Positions 8,871 through 18,975 are shown, counted from the stretch's first letter. The stretch is DNA of 64,000 nt from an uncultured archaeon (GCA_963817525.1 CAWFOU010000008.1:84084-148083), one strand, 5' to 3'. Translations and numbers: made by a program. The notes: generated by a model not told the origin, from the letters alone.

Positions 8871-9221
8871 ATGGTGGATGAAGGCGCGGCGACGCCACCA
8901 GTCGAGCCAAAGCCGCGGAGAGAGCGCAAGCGGCTGGGCACTCGGGCCGTCGCCTCCGAAGTACGCGAGGCTGCGCTAGCCAAGAGTATGTCGCGGATTC
9001 TTCAAGGTTACCTGAATGGCAGAAGGCTGGTCACGGTCAAGATCAGGTTGGTCGAAGGGAAGAGCGTCGACGGCTTCCTGAAGATCACCGGCGAGAAGGG
9101 CGAGCGCCTTCTGGTGGATTTCAAGGCGACCGCGACGCCGCAGGGCCAGGTGTCTTCTCTTCAGGTAGGCGCGAGGAACATCCCTCTCGAGGCGGGCGCG
9201 AGCTCCAAGCGGAGTCGCTAG
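8871..9221 (+). CDS. Hypothetical basic protein
   Basis: ATG 8871 downstream of a GATATAC TATA-like element; typical codon usage; no family recognised. Confidence 0.55.
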   Translation: MVDEGAATPPVEPKPRRERKRLGTRAVASEVREAALAKSMSRILQGYLNGRRLVTVKIRLVEGKSVDGFLKITGEKGERLLVDFKATATPQGQVSSLQVGARNIPLEAGASSKRSR

Positions 9222-9231
9222 CTTCAGGCCA

Positions 9232-11247
9232 TTAGGCTCCGAGCAAGACTCGCACGTCGACCGCGAACGCACCCTCCGTGTTGACGATGACTGGGTTGAG
9301 GTCGATCTCTGTGATTTTGAGATCGACCGTCATCCTTGACAGCCGCTGCATCGCTGCAATAAGCGCGGCTTGGTCGTATCCCCTCTTCCTCGAGCTCAAG
9401 ATGTCGTAGACCCTGCTCTCTCGCAGCATCTCCTCGGCCTCGTCCGCTTCGATTGGACCGAGTCGATGGGATGGCCTCCCTATGGCCTCCACGTAGATGC
9501 CGCCGGCGGAGACAAGCACGGTCGGCCCGAAGCCAGGGTCGTTGAGCCCACCGAGCAAAACCTCCGCCCCCATAATTTGTTGCTGAACCATCACTCGCGG
9601 GCAGACTCTCGACAGGTCGGAGAACGCGCCCCTCGCCCGCTTGGAGTCGGAGACACTCATGACGACGCCGTTGAGCTCCGTCTTGTGGACCGGCTCGTCC
9701 GGCGAGATCTTCATCACGACCGGATATCCGAGTCTCTCCGCGAGGGCCTCGGCCTCGTCGGGGGAGGCGGCTGTCCCGTATCTTGGGACCTGAATCCCGT
9801 ACAGCTCAACTAGGAGCAGGCCGTCGCGGTCTGACAGGACGCGCTTCCCCGAGACGAGGGCCTCGGCGCCGTCCAGCGGGTGGGCTGTCCTGTCCTTCGT
9901 CCTCGCGGGGGGGCGCTTCACGAAGTGGCCTATCGCCCGGACGGCCTCCTCGGGGAACGTGAAGCTGGGGATTCCAGCGGCGTCGAGGACGTCCGCAGCC
10001 GCGTCCTCGTCCGTGCCCATCATGACGCCGACCAAGCTGGACCCCCTGAACCCGACCACCGTCCTGGCGACCTCGACGCAGCTCAGGAGCGGCATGGACT
10101 GCATCAGGACCAGCTTCGTGCAGTCGATTCCCTGGACTTCTGCCAAGGCGGCCCTGTATCTTTCCGCGTTGGCGTCCCCCGACAGGTCCAGCGGGTTCCT
10201 GGGCCGGATCTGGGGAGGCAGGAGGGCGGAGAGCCTCGCGACGGTGGTCTCCGGGAGCGCAGCGAGCCTCAAGGAGCGGCGCTCTATCTCGTCCGTAGCG
10301 ATGACGCCGTGACCTCCAGAGTTGGTTACCACGAGGAGGTCAGGCTTTATCACCTCGTCGCCGGTGAGGAGCCTGGCTAGGTCGAGCGAGTCCTCGAGGC
10401 TCTCCGCCAGCATCCCGCCCACGGCGTTGACCGCAGCCCTGAAGACGTCCGCCGAGCCGGCGAGGCTGCCGGTGTGGGTCCTGGCCGCCTCCGACCCCCT
10501 CTTCCCGAGCCCTCCCTTTAGGAAGATGACGGGCTTCCGCCTGGTGGCGTTCGGGACGAGGTCCAGGAACCTCTGCCCGTCGCTGACGCTCTCGAGGTAG
10601 ACGAAGACTACCCCGGTGCCCGGGTCGCCAGCCAGGAAGTCCAGGACCTCCGCCTCCGAGACGTCGGCCTGGTTGCCGAGGCTCACGAAGTAGCTTATGC
10701 CGGTCCTGCTCCTCTGCGCCCACTCGAGCATGTACATCCCGAGGCCTCCGCTCTGGGCAACCAGCGCGACTTTGCCCCGAGGGACCTCGGAGAACGCGAA
10801 GGTCCCGTTGAAGGCGGGGGTCACTAGCCCTAGCGTGTTCGGCCCGAAGACCCTGATCCCAGCCTGCCCAGCGATCTTCTTCACCTCTTGCTCGAGCTCG
10901 GCGCCGTGCTCGTCCACCTCCCTGAATCCGGAGGTGATCACGACGGCACCCTTGACGCCCTTCTTGGCAGCGTCCAGCATGACGCCCGGGACGGCGTCTC
11001 TGGGGACCACGACTATCGCCAGGTCCACATCCTCCTCGATTGCCGTGAGCGAGCCGTAGGCCCTCCGCCCCTCGACGTCCATCGCCGACGAGTTGACCGG
11101 GTACAGATTCCCGCTGAAGGTCGCGAGGAGGTTCCTGAAGACGACGTTCCCGATCTTCTCCTTCCTGTGCGAGGCGCCCACGACGGCGATGCTCCTCGGG
11201 TCGAAGAGCCCCCCGAGAGAGCCGTTCTTTCTCGAATCGTCGGTCAA
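9232..11247 (-). CDS. ADP-forming acyl-CoA synthetase (acetate-CoA ligase), fused alpha/beta
   Basis: FDPRSIAVVGAS CoA-binding start, GPNTLG, QSGG, SLGNQAD, RTHTGSLAG phospho-His, NPLDL, GYPVVMKI..HKTE, EIDLNP ATP-grasp. Confidence 0.93.
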   Translation of the reverse strand: MTDDSRKNGSLGGLFDPRSIAVVGASHRKEKIGNVVFRNLLATFSGNLYPVNSSAMDVEGRRAYGSLTAIEEDVDLAIVVVPRDAVPGVMLDAAKKGVKGAVVITSGFREVDEHGAELEQEVKKIAGQAGIRVFGPNTLGLVTPAFNGTFAFSEVPRGKVALVAQSGGLGMYMLEWAQRSRTGISYFVSLGNQADVSEAEVLDFLAGDPGTGVVFVYLESVSDGQRFLDLVPNATRRKPVIFLKGGLGKRGSEAARTHTGSLAGSADVFRAAVNAVGGMLAESLEDSLDLARLLTGDEVIKPDLLVVTNSGGHGVIATDEIERRSLRLAALPETTVARLSALLPPQIRPRNPLDLSGDANAERYRAALAEVQGIDCTKLVLMQSMPLLSCVEVARTVVGFRGSSLVGVMMGTDEDAAADVLDAAGIPSFTFPEEAVRAIGHFVKRPPARTKDRTAHPLDGAEALVSGKRVLSDRDGLLLVELYGIQVPRYGTAASPDEAEALAERLGYPVVMKISPDEPVHKTELNGVVMSVSDSKRARGAFSDLSRVCPRVMVQQQIMGAEVLLGGLNDPGFGPTVLVSAGGIYVEAIGRPSHRLGPIEADEAEEMLRESRVYDILSSRKRGYDQAALIAAMQRLSRMTVDLKITEIDLNPVIVNTEGAFAVDVRVLLGA

Positions 11248-11314
11248 GTAGCCGTCCCCGCCGTTTCGTCCCTGAGGCGGTTAAAACCTAGCGTTGGGCT
11301 CCCCCGCTTTGAGG

Positions 11315-12001
11315 CTAGGGGGTGCAAGCGGGAGCGTAGGACGAGGTCTCCGCGCAGAATGTCCAGGCGAAGACAGACCCGTTGTAGACGGGCAGGTCGT
11401 CCGCGCCAACCTGGGCAGGCTGCCACCTAGCGGTCGCGTTGTAAGTCCAAACGAACCAGGACATGGTCTGGGTGCCGGAGACGCCATCAATCGCCTCGAC
11501 CAAGTGCTCGGAGAGGGGTGCCGGGTACCATTGAGCCTGAAGGTCCCCTTTGGCAAGCACGACTGTCTCTGTGTACATGTTCCACCCGGGCTGTGCCTGG
11601 GTGCCGTTGTACCAGCGAGCCGTGCCGTTCCCAAAGTCGAAGAGGATGTCGGCAGAGTACAGCGAGCTCGACGCGGGCTTCAGGCTGAGGTATTCGCTCC
11701 AAAGCTGCGAGAGCTGCGCGCTCGCCTCCTGGTATATCGGAAGCGTGGTGTTCACCACCGAGATGGCCCCGACTAGAAGCGAGAGGGTGGCGTTGTCCAG
11801 GGCGAGGGATGCGTTGTAGCTCGAGGAGAGTCGGTCGTACTGGCCGGTTGCAGACGCGAGCTCGCTGACGTACTCGTCTTTGGACTGGGCGGCCTGCGAA
11901 TACTCGGTGTAATAGTACACTGCGGCGGTCGCGCTCACTATAAGGAGGGCGACCAGGACGATGGCGAGCCCGTAGTTGGTCCTTGCGGACATTCCCGACA
12001 T
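11315..12001 (-). CDS. Membrane-anchored protein with DUF4430/transcobalamin C-terminal-like domain
   Basis: N-terminal TM, helical stalk, FDFGNGT..W, VEAIDGV...W..W.YN...W....VGAD...V.NG..FAW pattern. Confidence 0.6.
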   Translation of the reverse strand: MSGMSARTNYGLAIVLVALLIVSATAAVYYYTEYSQAAQSKDEYVSELASATGQYDRLSSSYNASLALDNATLSLLVGAISVVNTTLPIYQEASAQLSQLWSEYLSLKPASSSLYSADILFDFGNGTARWYNGTQAQPGWNMYTETVVLAKGDLQAQWYPAPLSEHLVEAIDGVSGTQTMSWFVWTYNATARWQPAQVGADDLPVYNGSVFAWTFCAETSSYAPACTP

Positions 12002-12050
12002 GGCTGGATTAGCCAGCCATTATTAAGCGTTCTTCGGGGACACCCGGGCC

Positions 12051-13028
12051 TTATTCCGCCGGCGCAGGGACGATGGGGTAAGCCCCGCACGTGACGCAGA
12101 AGCTAGACCTAGGCCTGACGTCGGCCCCGCAGCGCGGGCACGTGAGCCCGGTCCTGGCGGTGGCAGAGGGGGGAGGGAAGACCCTCCTGTAGATCGTGTA
12201 GTATTCGAGGTGCTCCTTGTCCCTTATCTCCACCCCGTCCCGGGAGGCGGCGTCCCTCTTTGCGCGGGCGAACTCGCCGTCACCGATCTTGGAGGCGTAG
12301 TACCTTGGGAGGTGCGTGATGCCCGAGCCATACTCGATGGGGGTCTTCACCCTCCAGGCGCTCCTCTTCCCGATGGTCTTCTCGAAGGCGACCCTGAGGA
12401 TCAGCTTCCCGTACTTCTTCCCCCCTCTGGAGCCCACGAGCTGCCCAGGCCCAAGGGTCTTGGCGAAGTCGACCACCGACCTGTCGAGGTAGGGAAGGAG
12501 TGCGGAGATCCCGAGGGACTCGGCCATGGGCTTCGAGGAGAAGCGCATGACCTTCCAAAGGTCCCTGAGCCGCTTCTTCAGCTGCGTGGGCGGCAGGTTG
12601 AAGCTGAAGCTATAGCCCGCGAAGAGCTCGTCCGCTCCGTCGCCCGTCATCACCTGCGAAAACCCCCCGTCTCGGGCGGCCATCATGCCGTGGTAGACGG
12701 TGAGGCTGTTCCTGACCTCCATCGGGTCGAATGTCCTCAAGACCCGGATGACCTCGCCCAGCCTCTCCGGCAGCACCTCGGGCCGAAGCTCCAGTAGTTC
12801 CAAGTCCAGGCTCAGCCTCTTGGCGGTCGACCTCGCGTACGGGATGTCGGGAGCGTCCCAGAGCGGGAAGAAGACGGTGTAGCACTTCGGCTTGGCGCGC
12901 GCCACGAGGTGCGCTATTATCGTCGTGTCGAGCCCACCCGACAGCAGGATTGAGTCGCCCAGGCTTCTCTTGACGCTGCCACCGATGACCTCCGCGCACT
13001 CCGCCGCTGCTTCGTTCCCGGGCCTCAC
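12051..13028 (-). CDS. Asparagine synthase C-terminal (PP-loop) domain protein with C-terminal zinc ribbon
   Basis: LLSGGLDT, TGDGADELFAGY, PYLD, KLILR motifs; CPRC..CVTC; no glutaminase domain; GTGA overlap with DUF72 gene. Confidence 0.85.
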   Translation of the reverse strand: MRPGNEAAAECAEVIGGSVKRSLGDSILLSGGLDTTIIAHLVARAKPKCYTVFFPLWDAPDIPYARSTAKRLSLDLELLELRPEVLPERLGEVIRVLRTFDPMEVRNSLTVYHGMMAARDGGFSQVMTGDGADELFAGYSFSFNLPPTQLKKRLRDLWKVMRFSSKPMAESLGISALLPYLDRSVVDFAKTLGPGQLVGSRGGKKYGKLILRVAFEKTIGKRSAWRVKTPIEYGSGITHLPRYYASKIGDGEFARAKRDAASRDGVEIRDKEHLEYYTIYRRVFPPPSATARTGLTCPRCGADVRPRSSFCVTCGAYPIVPAPAE

Positions 13029-13858
13029 ACCAGAGTCGCCTGGTTCTTTCCAAGCTCGGAGTCTATCTTCCTGGTGACCTGGTCGAGAAGCTTCCGCTGC
13101 TCCGCGCTGGCCGTGCCGAGCAGATCCATCATCTTCAGGCTGTCCTCAACGGCATATCCGTGGAAGTGGTTGTTGAAGTAGCCGTAGACTTTCTTCGTCT
13201 TCGTGGCGATCGCCTCGACCTTCTTGCTCCAGCCTGCGAGCTCGTCCCGCCCATACCTGTAGTTGTACCAGGGCCTTCCCCCCCGGCCGTGCCAGCGCAC
13301 GAAGGCAAAGTCGGCGGTTGTCGTGGTGTCCGCGGGAAGGAGGGGCTCGTCGACGTTGGTGATCGCCACGTTGTGCTGCCTCAGGAGGTCGAGGGCGTCG
13401 GACTTGTCCAGCCAGGACTTGTTTCGGAACTCCACGGCGAACGAGACGTCCGTCGGCAGCGCCCCAAGGAAGCCCTGGAGCTTCCTTAGTCCCCCGGAGT
13501 AGGTGAAGCTCGGAGGGAGCTGGACCAGGAGCGGGCCGAGCTTGCCTTCGTCGGCAAGAGGCTTCATGAGGTGGAGGAACCTGAAGAGGTCGTCCTTCGC
13601 GCCTCTCTCGAGGTCGAGGGTCTTCTCGTGGGTGATCAGTTTGGGCAGCTTGGCGCTGAGGACGAAGCCTGGGGGGGTGCTTCTCGCGGCGCCCAGGACC
13701 ATCCCCTTGCTGGGGTAGGCGTAGAAGGTGGAGTCGATCTCTACGGTGTCGAAGAACTTCGAATAGTAGGTGAGCTTCTTCTTCTCACCCTTGGGATAGA
13801 AGGGGCCCTCCCACTCCTTGTACGACCATCCGGATGTACCTAGGTGGATTTCCCCCAA
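13025..13858 (-). CDS. DUF72 family protein
   Basis: GTSGWSY, VEIDSTFY, KLPKLITH, LVQLPPSF, AVEFRNKSW, RWHGR, YFNNH. Confidence 0.95.
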   Translation of the reverse strand: MGEIHLGTSGWSYKEWEGPFYPKGEKKKLTYYSKFFDTVEIDSTFYAYPSKGMVLGAARSTPPGFVLSAKLPKLITHEKTLDLERGAKDDLFRFLHLMKPLADEGKLGPLLVQLPPSFTYSGGLRKLQGFLGALPTDVSFAVEFRNKSWLDKSDALDLLRQHNVAITNVDEPLLPADTTTTADFAFVRWHGRGGRPWYNYRYGRDELAGWSKKVEAIATKTKKVYGYFNNHFHGYAVEDSLKMMDLLGTASAEQRKLLDQVTRKIDSELGKNQATLV

Positions 13859-13984
13859 GGTCTGACTACCAAGCCCTTGGCCATTGATAAGGCAGACAGG
13901 GGTACTTCTAGAGTCCCTCGCTTTCCTGCTTGACCCGCGATTTGTCCTTCAAGATTTATCTACCTTGAGTCTCTCCTCTTTCAC

Positions 13985-14194
13985 ATGGCAAAATACTCCG
14001 TGGTCTTTGGTCGTCTAAATGAGTTTGACACGGAGGAAGATACCGTGACCATCCTCAAGGACGGGGAGGTGATGGAGTACCGGCTAGACATCAGCCTGGA
14101 GAACTCCGAAGGGTGGGAGAAGAAACTACAGGAATTGCTGAACAAGGATGTGACGCTCAAGCTGAAGGACGACCAAGTCTATGACGTGAGCTGA
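13985..14194 (+). CDS. Small acidic hypothetical protein (possible OB-like beta barrel)
   Basis: ATG about 25 nt after TTTATC TATA-like box; beta-strand periodicity; divergent from DUF72. Confidence 0.65.
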   Translation: MAKYSVVFGRLNEFDTEEDTVTILKDGEVMEYRLDISLENSEGWEKKLQELLNKDVTLKLKDDQVYDVS

Positions 14195-14288
14195 CGACAC
14201 GGTTCCAAGCTCCGGGCGACGCGAAGGTACTTTTTCCTCTCTCGAACACATTTAAGCGGGCGTCTCATTCTAAGGACGAGACGGAGCC

Positions 14289-14951
14289 CTGAGCGAATCG
14301 GAGCAATCCCCAGCAAAGCCGAGGGCGAGGATCGAGTCGCTTGCGGACCTCATCTTCGGCCTCGCCCTTTCGGTTGGGGCGATATCCCTCGTCAGCAATC
14401 CGCCCACCAGCAAAGGGGCGGTCTACAACGACCTGGCGACCTTCGGGTTCAGCTTCCTCATTCTGATCACGATGTGGCTCCGCTACACACGGATAATGTC
14501 GGTGTTCCCAATACAGAACAGGAGGGTGAACAACCTCAACATCCTCCTGCTGTTCTGCGTCTCGATAGAGCCTTTCCTCTTCAACCTGGTCAGAAACATG
14601 CCGGCCGTAGCCGACCCGACCGCCTTCGCGGATGCCACATCCCAGCTCTACGCGCTTGACCTGGGCGCGATGTTCGCAATCCTGGGGGGGTTCACGGTCA
14701 CCCTGGCGGACGAAGAGAGGAAGCTCATCCCGAAGGCACTGATACGCCAATACAAGATCGAGGGTGTATCCGCCTTCGTCTGCGGGTTGATCTTCGGGTT
14801 GTCTGCGCTGCCAGTATTCTACGGCATCACGTTGGACGGGGGGGCCCTCAGGTACTACCTATGGGGCGTCCCCTTGGCGCTGATCTGGGTGACAAGGCGC
14901 TGGGTTAGCCGCCAGGAGGACTCGGTCGAGTCGTCCGTGGAAGCGGTTTGA
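14289..14951 (+). CDS. TMEM175-family (DUF1211) potassium channel, probable CTG start
   Basis: RIESLADLIFGLALSVG signature lies in-frame upstream of the track ATG (14472); in-frame TAA at 14271; CTG at 14289 is the only start-like codon before the motif; TTTAAG at 14251. Confidence 0.75.
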   Translation: MSESEQSPAKPRARIESLADLIFGLALSVGAISLVSNPPTSKGAVYNDLATFGFSFLILITMWLRYTRIMSVFPIQNRRVNNLNILLLFCVSIEPFLFNLVRNMPAVADPTAFADATSQLYALDLGAMFAILGGFTVTLADEERKLIPKALIRQYKIEGVSAFVCGLIFGLSALPVFYGITLDGGALRYYLWGVPLALIWVTRRWVSRQEDSVESSVEAV

Positions 14952-14990
14952 TCTTGAGGGACGGCCAAAGGCTCCCTGTTCGTGGCCAGC

Positions 14991-15983
14991 TCACGTCTCA
15001 GAAGGCTTTCCGTCCTTCCTTGCCTCCAGCAATGCCCTCGTCGCCGGGTCGGTGAGGATGCTCTTTACGAGGGCAGGCCCTTGGTAGACCAGTGCGGTGT
15101 AGATCTGCACTGTCGTGGCGCCGAGCCTCAGGAGGGCGGCTGCGTCGGCGGGGCTATCGATGCCACCGCAAGCGTTGACCTCGAAGGAGGGGCTGACGAA
15201 CTTTCTGATTCGCCCCAGTGCGGCCTTCGTGTGCTCGAGGAGGGGCGGGCCGCTCCAGCCTCCCTTCCCGACCGCCATCCGCGCGTCCTCGATGGGGATG
15301 GAGTTCGAGGCGGTGACGCCGTCGAAGCCGAGCGACTCCCACCTGTTCACCATCCCCATGACCCCTGCGAACTGGGGCTCGTCGATGAACGGGGGCGTCT
15401 TCAGATAGGTTGGCTTGGCCTTTGCGTCCCTGAGGGCCTGGGCGAGCGCCGCGAAGGCGTCGGGCTCCCGCAGGTCCCGGAGATTCGGAGTGTTCGGCGA
15501 GCTCAGGTTCAGCTCGACGCCCGCGACATGGGGCTGGACCTTGACGTAGCACCCCAACACGTCTTCGGCCGTCTTGCCGCTGATGCTCGCTACGATTGGG
15601 ACCTTCAACCGCGTCTGGGATTCGAGAGCGCCGATGAACGCGTCTATGCCGGGGTTGGGAAAACCAAGGGCGTTTACGAGCGTCCTGTCCTCCTTGTTCC
15701 TGGCGACCCTAGGCTTCGGGTTGCCGGGCCACGGCTTCAGCGTGAAGGTCCCGGCCACGAGGTAGCCGAAGCCGAGCCTGGAGAGGCTCTCGAGATGCCT
15801 TCCTGTCTTGTCATACCCGCCGGCCAGGCCCAAAGGGTTCGCGAGCTCGCCGAGGGCCGTCTTGACCGGCATAGGCTCAGCGGATATCCTGGAGGCGAAC
15901 CTCACCAGGCTCAGCCCGAGGTTGTGAGCTCTCTCTGGGTCGAGGGCGAACAGGACCGGCTGGGCGAGCCGATACCCGTCCAA
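14991..15983 (-). CDS. pyrD: Dihydroorotate dehydrogenase (class 2, quinone-type motifs)
   Basis: LDPERAH, NPLGLAGGYDK, GNPKPR, NALGFPNPG, NLSSPNT, GGWSG, CGGI, VQIYTALVYQGP. Confidence 0.93.
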   Translation of the reverse strand: MDGYRLAQPVLFALDPERAHNLGLSLVRFASRISAEPMPVKTALGELANPLGLAGGYDKTGRHLESLSRLGFGYLVAGTFTLKPWPGNPKPRVARNKEDRTLVNALGFPNPGIDAFIGALESQTRLKVPIVASISGKTAEDVLGCYVKVQPHVAGVELNLSSPNTPNLRDLREPDAFAALAQALRDAKAKPTYLKTPPFIDEPQFAGVMGMVNRWESLGFDGVTASNSIPIEDARMAVGKGGWSGPPLLEHTKAALGRIRKFVSPSFEVNACGGIDSPADAAALLRLGATTVQIYTALVYQGPALVKSILTDPATRALLEARKDGKPSET

Positions 15984-16027
15984 CTAGGACGACCTCGCCT
16001 CAGCGGCTGGGCGCACCGGGCGGCCGG

Positions 16028-17410
16028 TCACAGGGGCCTCTGCATCTCCCCTTTGCTTCGAGTGTCGACGTGGCCATGGTCCATCACGACGCCGCCCCTG
16101 ACTATTGTGTAGACGGCGGCGCCCTTGGCCTTGAACCCCTCGAAGGGGCTGTACTTCGCCTTGCTCTCGAACTTGGCGGGGTCTATCGTCCACTCCTTTT
16201 TCGTGTCGACGACGGTAAAGTCGGCGTCGGCCCCGACCGCGATCCTCCCCTTCTTGGGGTAGAGGCCCCATTTCTTTGCCGGCGCGTCCGAGGTGAGCCG
16301 GACGTACCTGGTGAGCGTGAGGAGGCCTCGGTCGACGCAGGTGAGCATCAGGGCGACGGAGGTCTCGAGGCCCGGGAATCCGGAGGCCTGCTCGAAGATG
16401 GAGGCGCCCGAGGTCTTCTCCTCGATGGTGTGGGGGGCGTGGTCGGTGGCGATCATGTCGACGGTCCCGTCCCTGACGGCGCTCCAGAGGGCGAGCCTGT
16501 CCTCCCTCCGTTTCACCGACGGGTTGCACTTCATCATCGAGCCCTTCGCCGGATAGTCGCCCTTGTCGAGCAGGAGGTATTGGGGGCACGTCTCGGCAGT
16601 GACGTCGCTCCCTCGGGCGCGGGAGAGCTTCGCCTGGCGCACCCCGGCCGCGCCTGCGGCGCTGCTCAGGTGGGCGATGTGCAGGCCGCACCGCGCCTCC
16701 CTGCCGAGGGCTATCGCACGCCTCACCGCTTTCTCCTCGGCTATCTCCGGTCGGGACTCGTAGTGAGCCAGGGGGTCGACCCGCCCCGACGCCTTCAGCT
16801 TCGCGGTGAGGCGCTTGATTGTCGAGGCGTCCTCCGCGTGAACGGAGACCCTCCTTCCGGCCCGCCCGACCAGGGCGAGGTCCTCGCGCATCTCTCCCTC
16901 CGAAGGCGACGCGACGTTCCCCGTCGTCTCGGCCATGTAGCACTTGAAGCCTATCACGCCCGCGTCGACCATCGGGGCTATCTCCGGTGCGCTCCCCATC
17001 GTGAGTAGGCCGTAGAAGGCGTAGTCCACCAAGGCCTTCTCGGCCGCCTTCATCTTGGCGCGAAGGGTCTCGACGTCTCCGGTCGGGGGGAAGTTGTTGG
17101 GCATGTCGAAGACCGTGGTCACCCCGCCTGCCGCGGCGGCCGCGGTGCCCGTCCGGAAGTCCTCCTTGTCGGTGGAGCCTGGGTCTCGCATGTGGACGTG
17201 GACGTCGATGACACCTGGGAGGACGACCAGGCCGGACGCGTCGATCACCTTTCTGGCCTTTGGCGCATTGGAGTTAGCGCCGACCCATGAGACCTTCCCG
17301 TCCTTCGCGGCGACTGCGCAGCTCCGGAGCGACGACGACACGGCGACCCTCCCGTTGACGATCACCAGGTCGGCCGAGCTCAAAATACCTGATGGCCCGA
17401 AGCCCCGCAC
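16028..17410 (-). CDS. pyrC: Dihydroorotase (cyclic amidohydrolase)
   Basis: PGVIDVHVHMRDPG, GGVTT..DMPN, HAED, HIAH, ETCPQYL, KCNP, ATDHAPH; upstream of pyrD (start may be TTG 17383); allantoinase not excluded. Confidence 0.82.
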   Translation of the reverse strand: MRGFGPSGILSSADLVIVNGRVAVSSSLRSCAVAAKDGKVSWVGANSNAPKARKVIDASGLVVLPGVIDVHVHMRDPGSTDKEDFRTGTAAAAAGGVTTVFDMPNNFPPTGDVETLRAKMKAAEKALVDYAFYGLLTMGSAPEIAPMVDAGVIGFKCYMAETTGNVASPSEGEMREDLALVGRAGRRVSVHAEDASTIKRLTAKLKASGRVDPLAHYESRPEIAEEKAVRRAIALGREARCGLHIAHLSSAAGAAGVRQAKLSRARGSDVTAETCPQYLLLDKGDYPAKGSMMKCNPSVKRREDRLALWSAVRDGTVDMIATDHAPHTIEEKTSGASIFEQASGFPGLETSVALMLTCVDRGLLTLTRYVRLTSDAPAKKWGLYPKKGRIAVGADADFTVVDTKKEWTIDPAKFESKAKYSPFEGFKAKGAAVYTIVRGGVVMDHGHVDTRSKGEMQRPL

Positions 17411-17417
17411 TGACTAT

Positions 17418-18176
17418 TTATCGATATTGCGGACGCGGGCTTGTCATCGAGGTCGGCTTTGCTTCTTCGGCCTTGTACCTCTCCTCAAACGGCGCGAGCA
17501 TGGACAGCAGGTTCGTCGGGAAGACGGCCGGGTCCGTCAGCTTGGTCCTTTCCTGCTTGAAGCGCGCATATCCCTCGTTGACGCTCGCGCTCAGTCTCTG
17601 CGATGAAGACTTACGTCTCCCGCCACGTTTGATGATCCGCAAGAATCGTATCTCGTCTTGAAACTTCACGAGGGTGGACAGCAAGACCGAGTTCTGCGCG
17701 GCGACGGCGACCCTCCCAAACTCGTAGTAGAGGTCCAAGGTGCCTTCAGGCGTCTGCGAGACGTTCATCGTGCTGTTTCGGAACCAGCCCTGAAGGGATA
17801 GCAGGGACAACGAGGTCGAGTCGTACGCCTCGTCGACCTTTTCCATTTTTGGGAAGAGGGTGTCCCGAATGACCGCTATGACGATGGTCCAGCCTACCGC
17901 GACTGCGATCAAGAGCACGATGATGTCGAACAGGTAGGCCGTCTTCAGGACGCCGAGCTGGGTCAAGGTGATTGAGGCGGCCGCGATGGCGGCTATCGCC
18001 TGCCATACGACGTCGCGCGTCTTCAGGATGGCGTCGTCCGAGTCCCGCAGCTGCGACGAGAAGCTGTCGTAGTCGGAGCGGTGGACGTCGATGAGGTTCT
18101 GGATGACCGAGTCGACGCGGTTCACGAACCACCTTTTGTTCTCGTCGGACTCTGCCCTGCCCGGCGCCGCGCTCAT
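17418..18176 (-). CDS. Hypothetical two-TM membrane protein
   Basis: Two hydrophobic helices, co-oriented between ABC permease and pyrC. Confidence 0.65.
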   Translation of the reverse strand: MSAAPGRAESDENKRWFVNRVDSVIQNLIDVHRSDYDSFSSQLRDSDDAILKTRDVVWQAIAAIAAASITLTQLGVLKTAYLFDIIVLLIAVAVGWTIVIAVIRDTLFPKMEKVDEAYDSTSLSLLSLQGWFRNSTMNVSQTPEGTLDLYYEFGRVAVAAQNSVLLSTLVKFQDEIRFLRIIKRGGRRKSSSQRLSASVNEGYARFKQERTKLTDPAVFPTNLLSMLAPFEERYKAEEAKPTSMTSPRPQYR

Positions 18177-18191
18177 CGCACTCGCCGTCGC

Positions 18192-18971
18192 TCACTGGAC
18201 GAGCTTGCGCAGGACCACGGAGGCCGCGACCATCATTAGCACGGTGAAGATGGCGACGACCGCGACGTCTAGGGGGACCTGTGAGTAGTTCCCGGTGAGG
18301 AGCATGGAGCGCATCGCGTCGACCACATAGCTCAGGGGGTTGACCTCCGAGACGTACTGGAGCCACTTTGGCATCAGCGAGATGGGGTAGATGGCGTTGC
18401 TCGCGAAGAAGAGGGGCATGGTCAGCGCCTGCCCAAAGGCCATCATCCTGCTCTGGGTCCCTAGGAAGGCGCTGAGCGTCATCGAGAAGGCCGTGAAGGC
18501 CATAGCGAAGAGCACGACCACGAAGAAGACCCCAAGGACGTCTAGGGGGTCGAGCCTGAGGTTGATGCCTAGGATCAGCGTCAGCCCTAGGACGACGATC
18601 GCCATGAAGATGCCCCTCACGCTGGACGCGAGCGTCTTCCCGATAACTACTGAGGCCCTCGGGGCTGGGGTCGAGAGGAGCTTTGTGAGCATCCCCACGT
18701 CGCGCTCCCAGATGAGCCGGACGCCGTAGAGAATGGCGACGAAGAGGACAGACTGGGCTATTATCCCCGAGGACATGAACTGGAGGTAGGTGTAGTCCCC
18801 CTCGGTCAACTGGCTCGACCTGAGCGCCGTGAGCGCCGACCCGAAGACGACCAGCCAAAGCGCAGGCTGAATCGCTCTCATCCACAGCTCGGAGGAGTCG
18901 TGGCGTATCTTCCTCGCCTCCATCTCGGCGATTGTAAGGGCGGAGGAGACGAACTTGGCCGCGGTAACCAA
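18192..18971 (-). CDS. ABC-2 type exporter permease
   Basis: IQPALWLVVFG, WERDVG.L..LL.TP, FASNAIYP...MP.WL....NPL.Y.VD. Confidence 0.93.
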   Translation of the reverse strand: MVTAAKFVSSALTIAEMEARKIRHDSSELWMRAIQPALWLVVFGSALTALRSSQLTEGDYTYLQFMSSGIIAQSVLFVAILYGVRLIWERDVGMLTKLLSTPAPRASVVIGKTLASSVRGIFMAIVVLGLTLILGINLRLDPLDVLGVFFVVVLFAMAFTAFSMTLSAFLGTQSRMMAFGQALTMPLFFASNAIYPISLMPKWLQYVSEVNPLSYVVDAMRSMLLTGNYSQVPLDVAVVAIFTVLMMVAASVVLRKLVQ

Positions 18972-18975
18972 TGAC

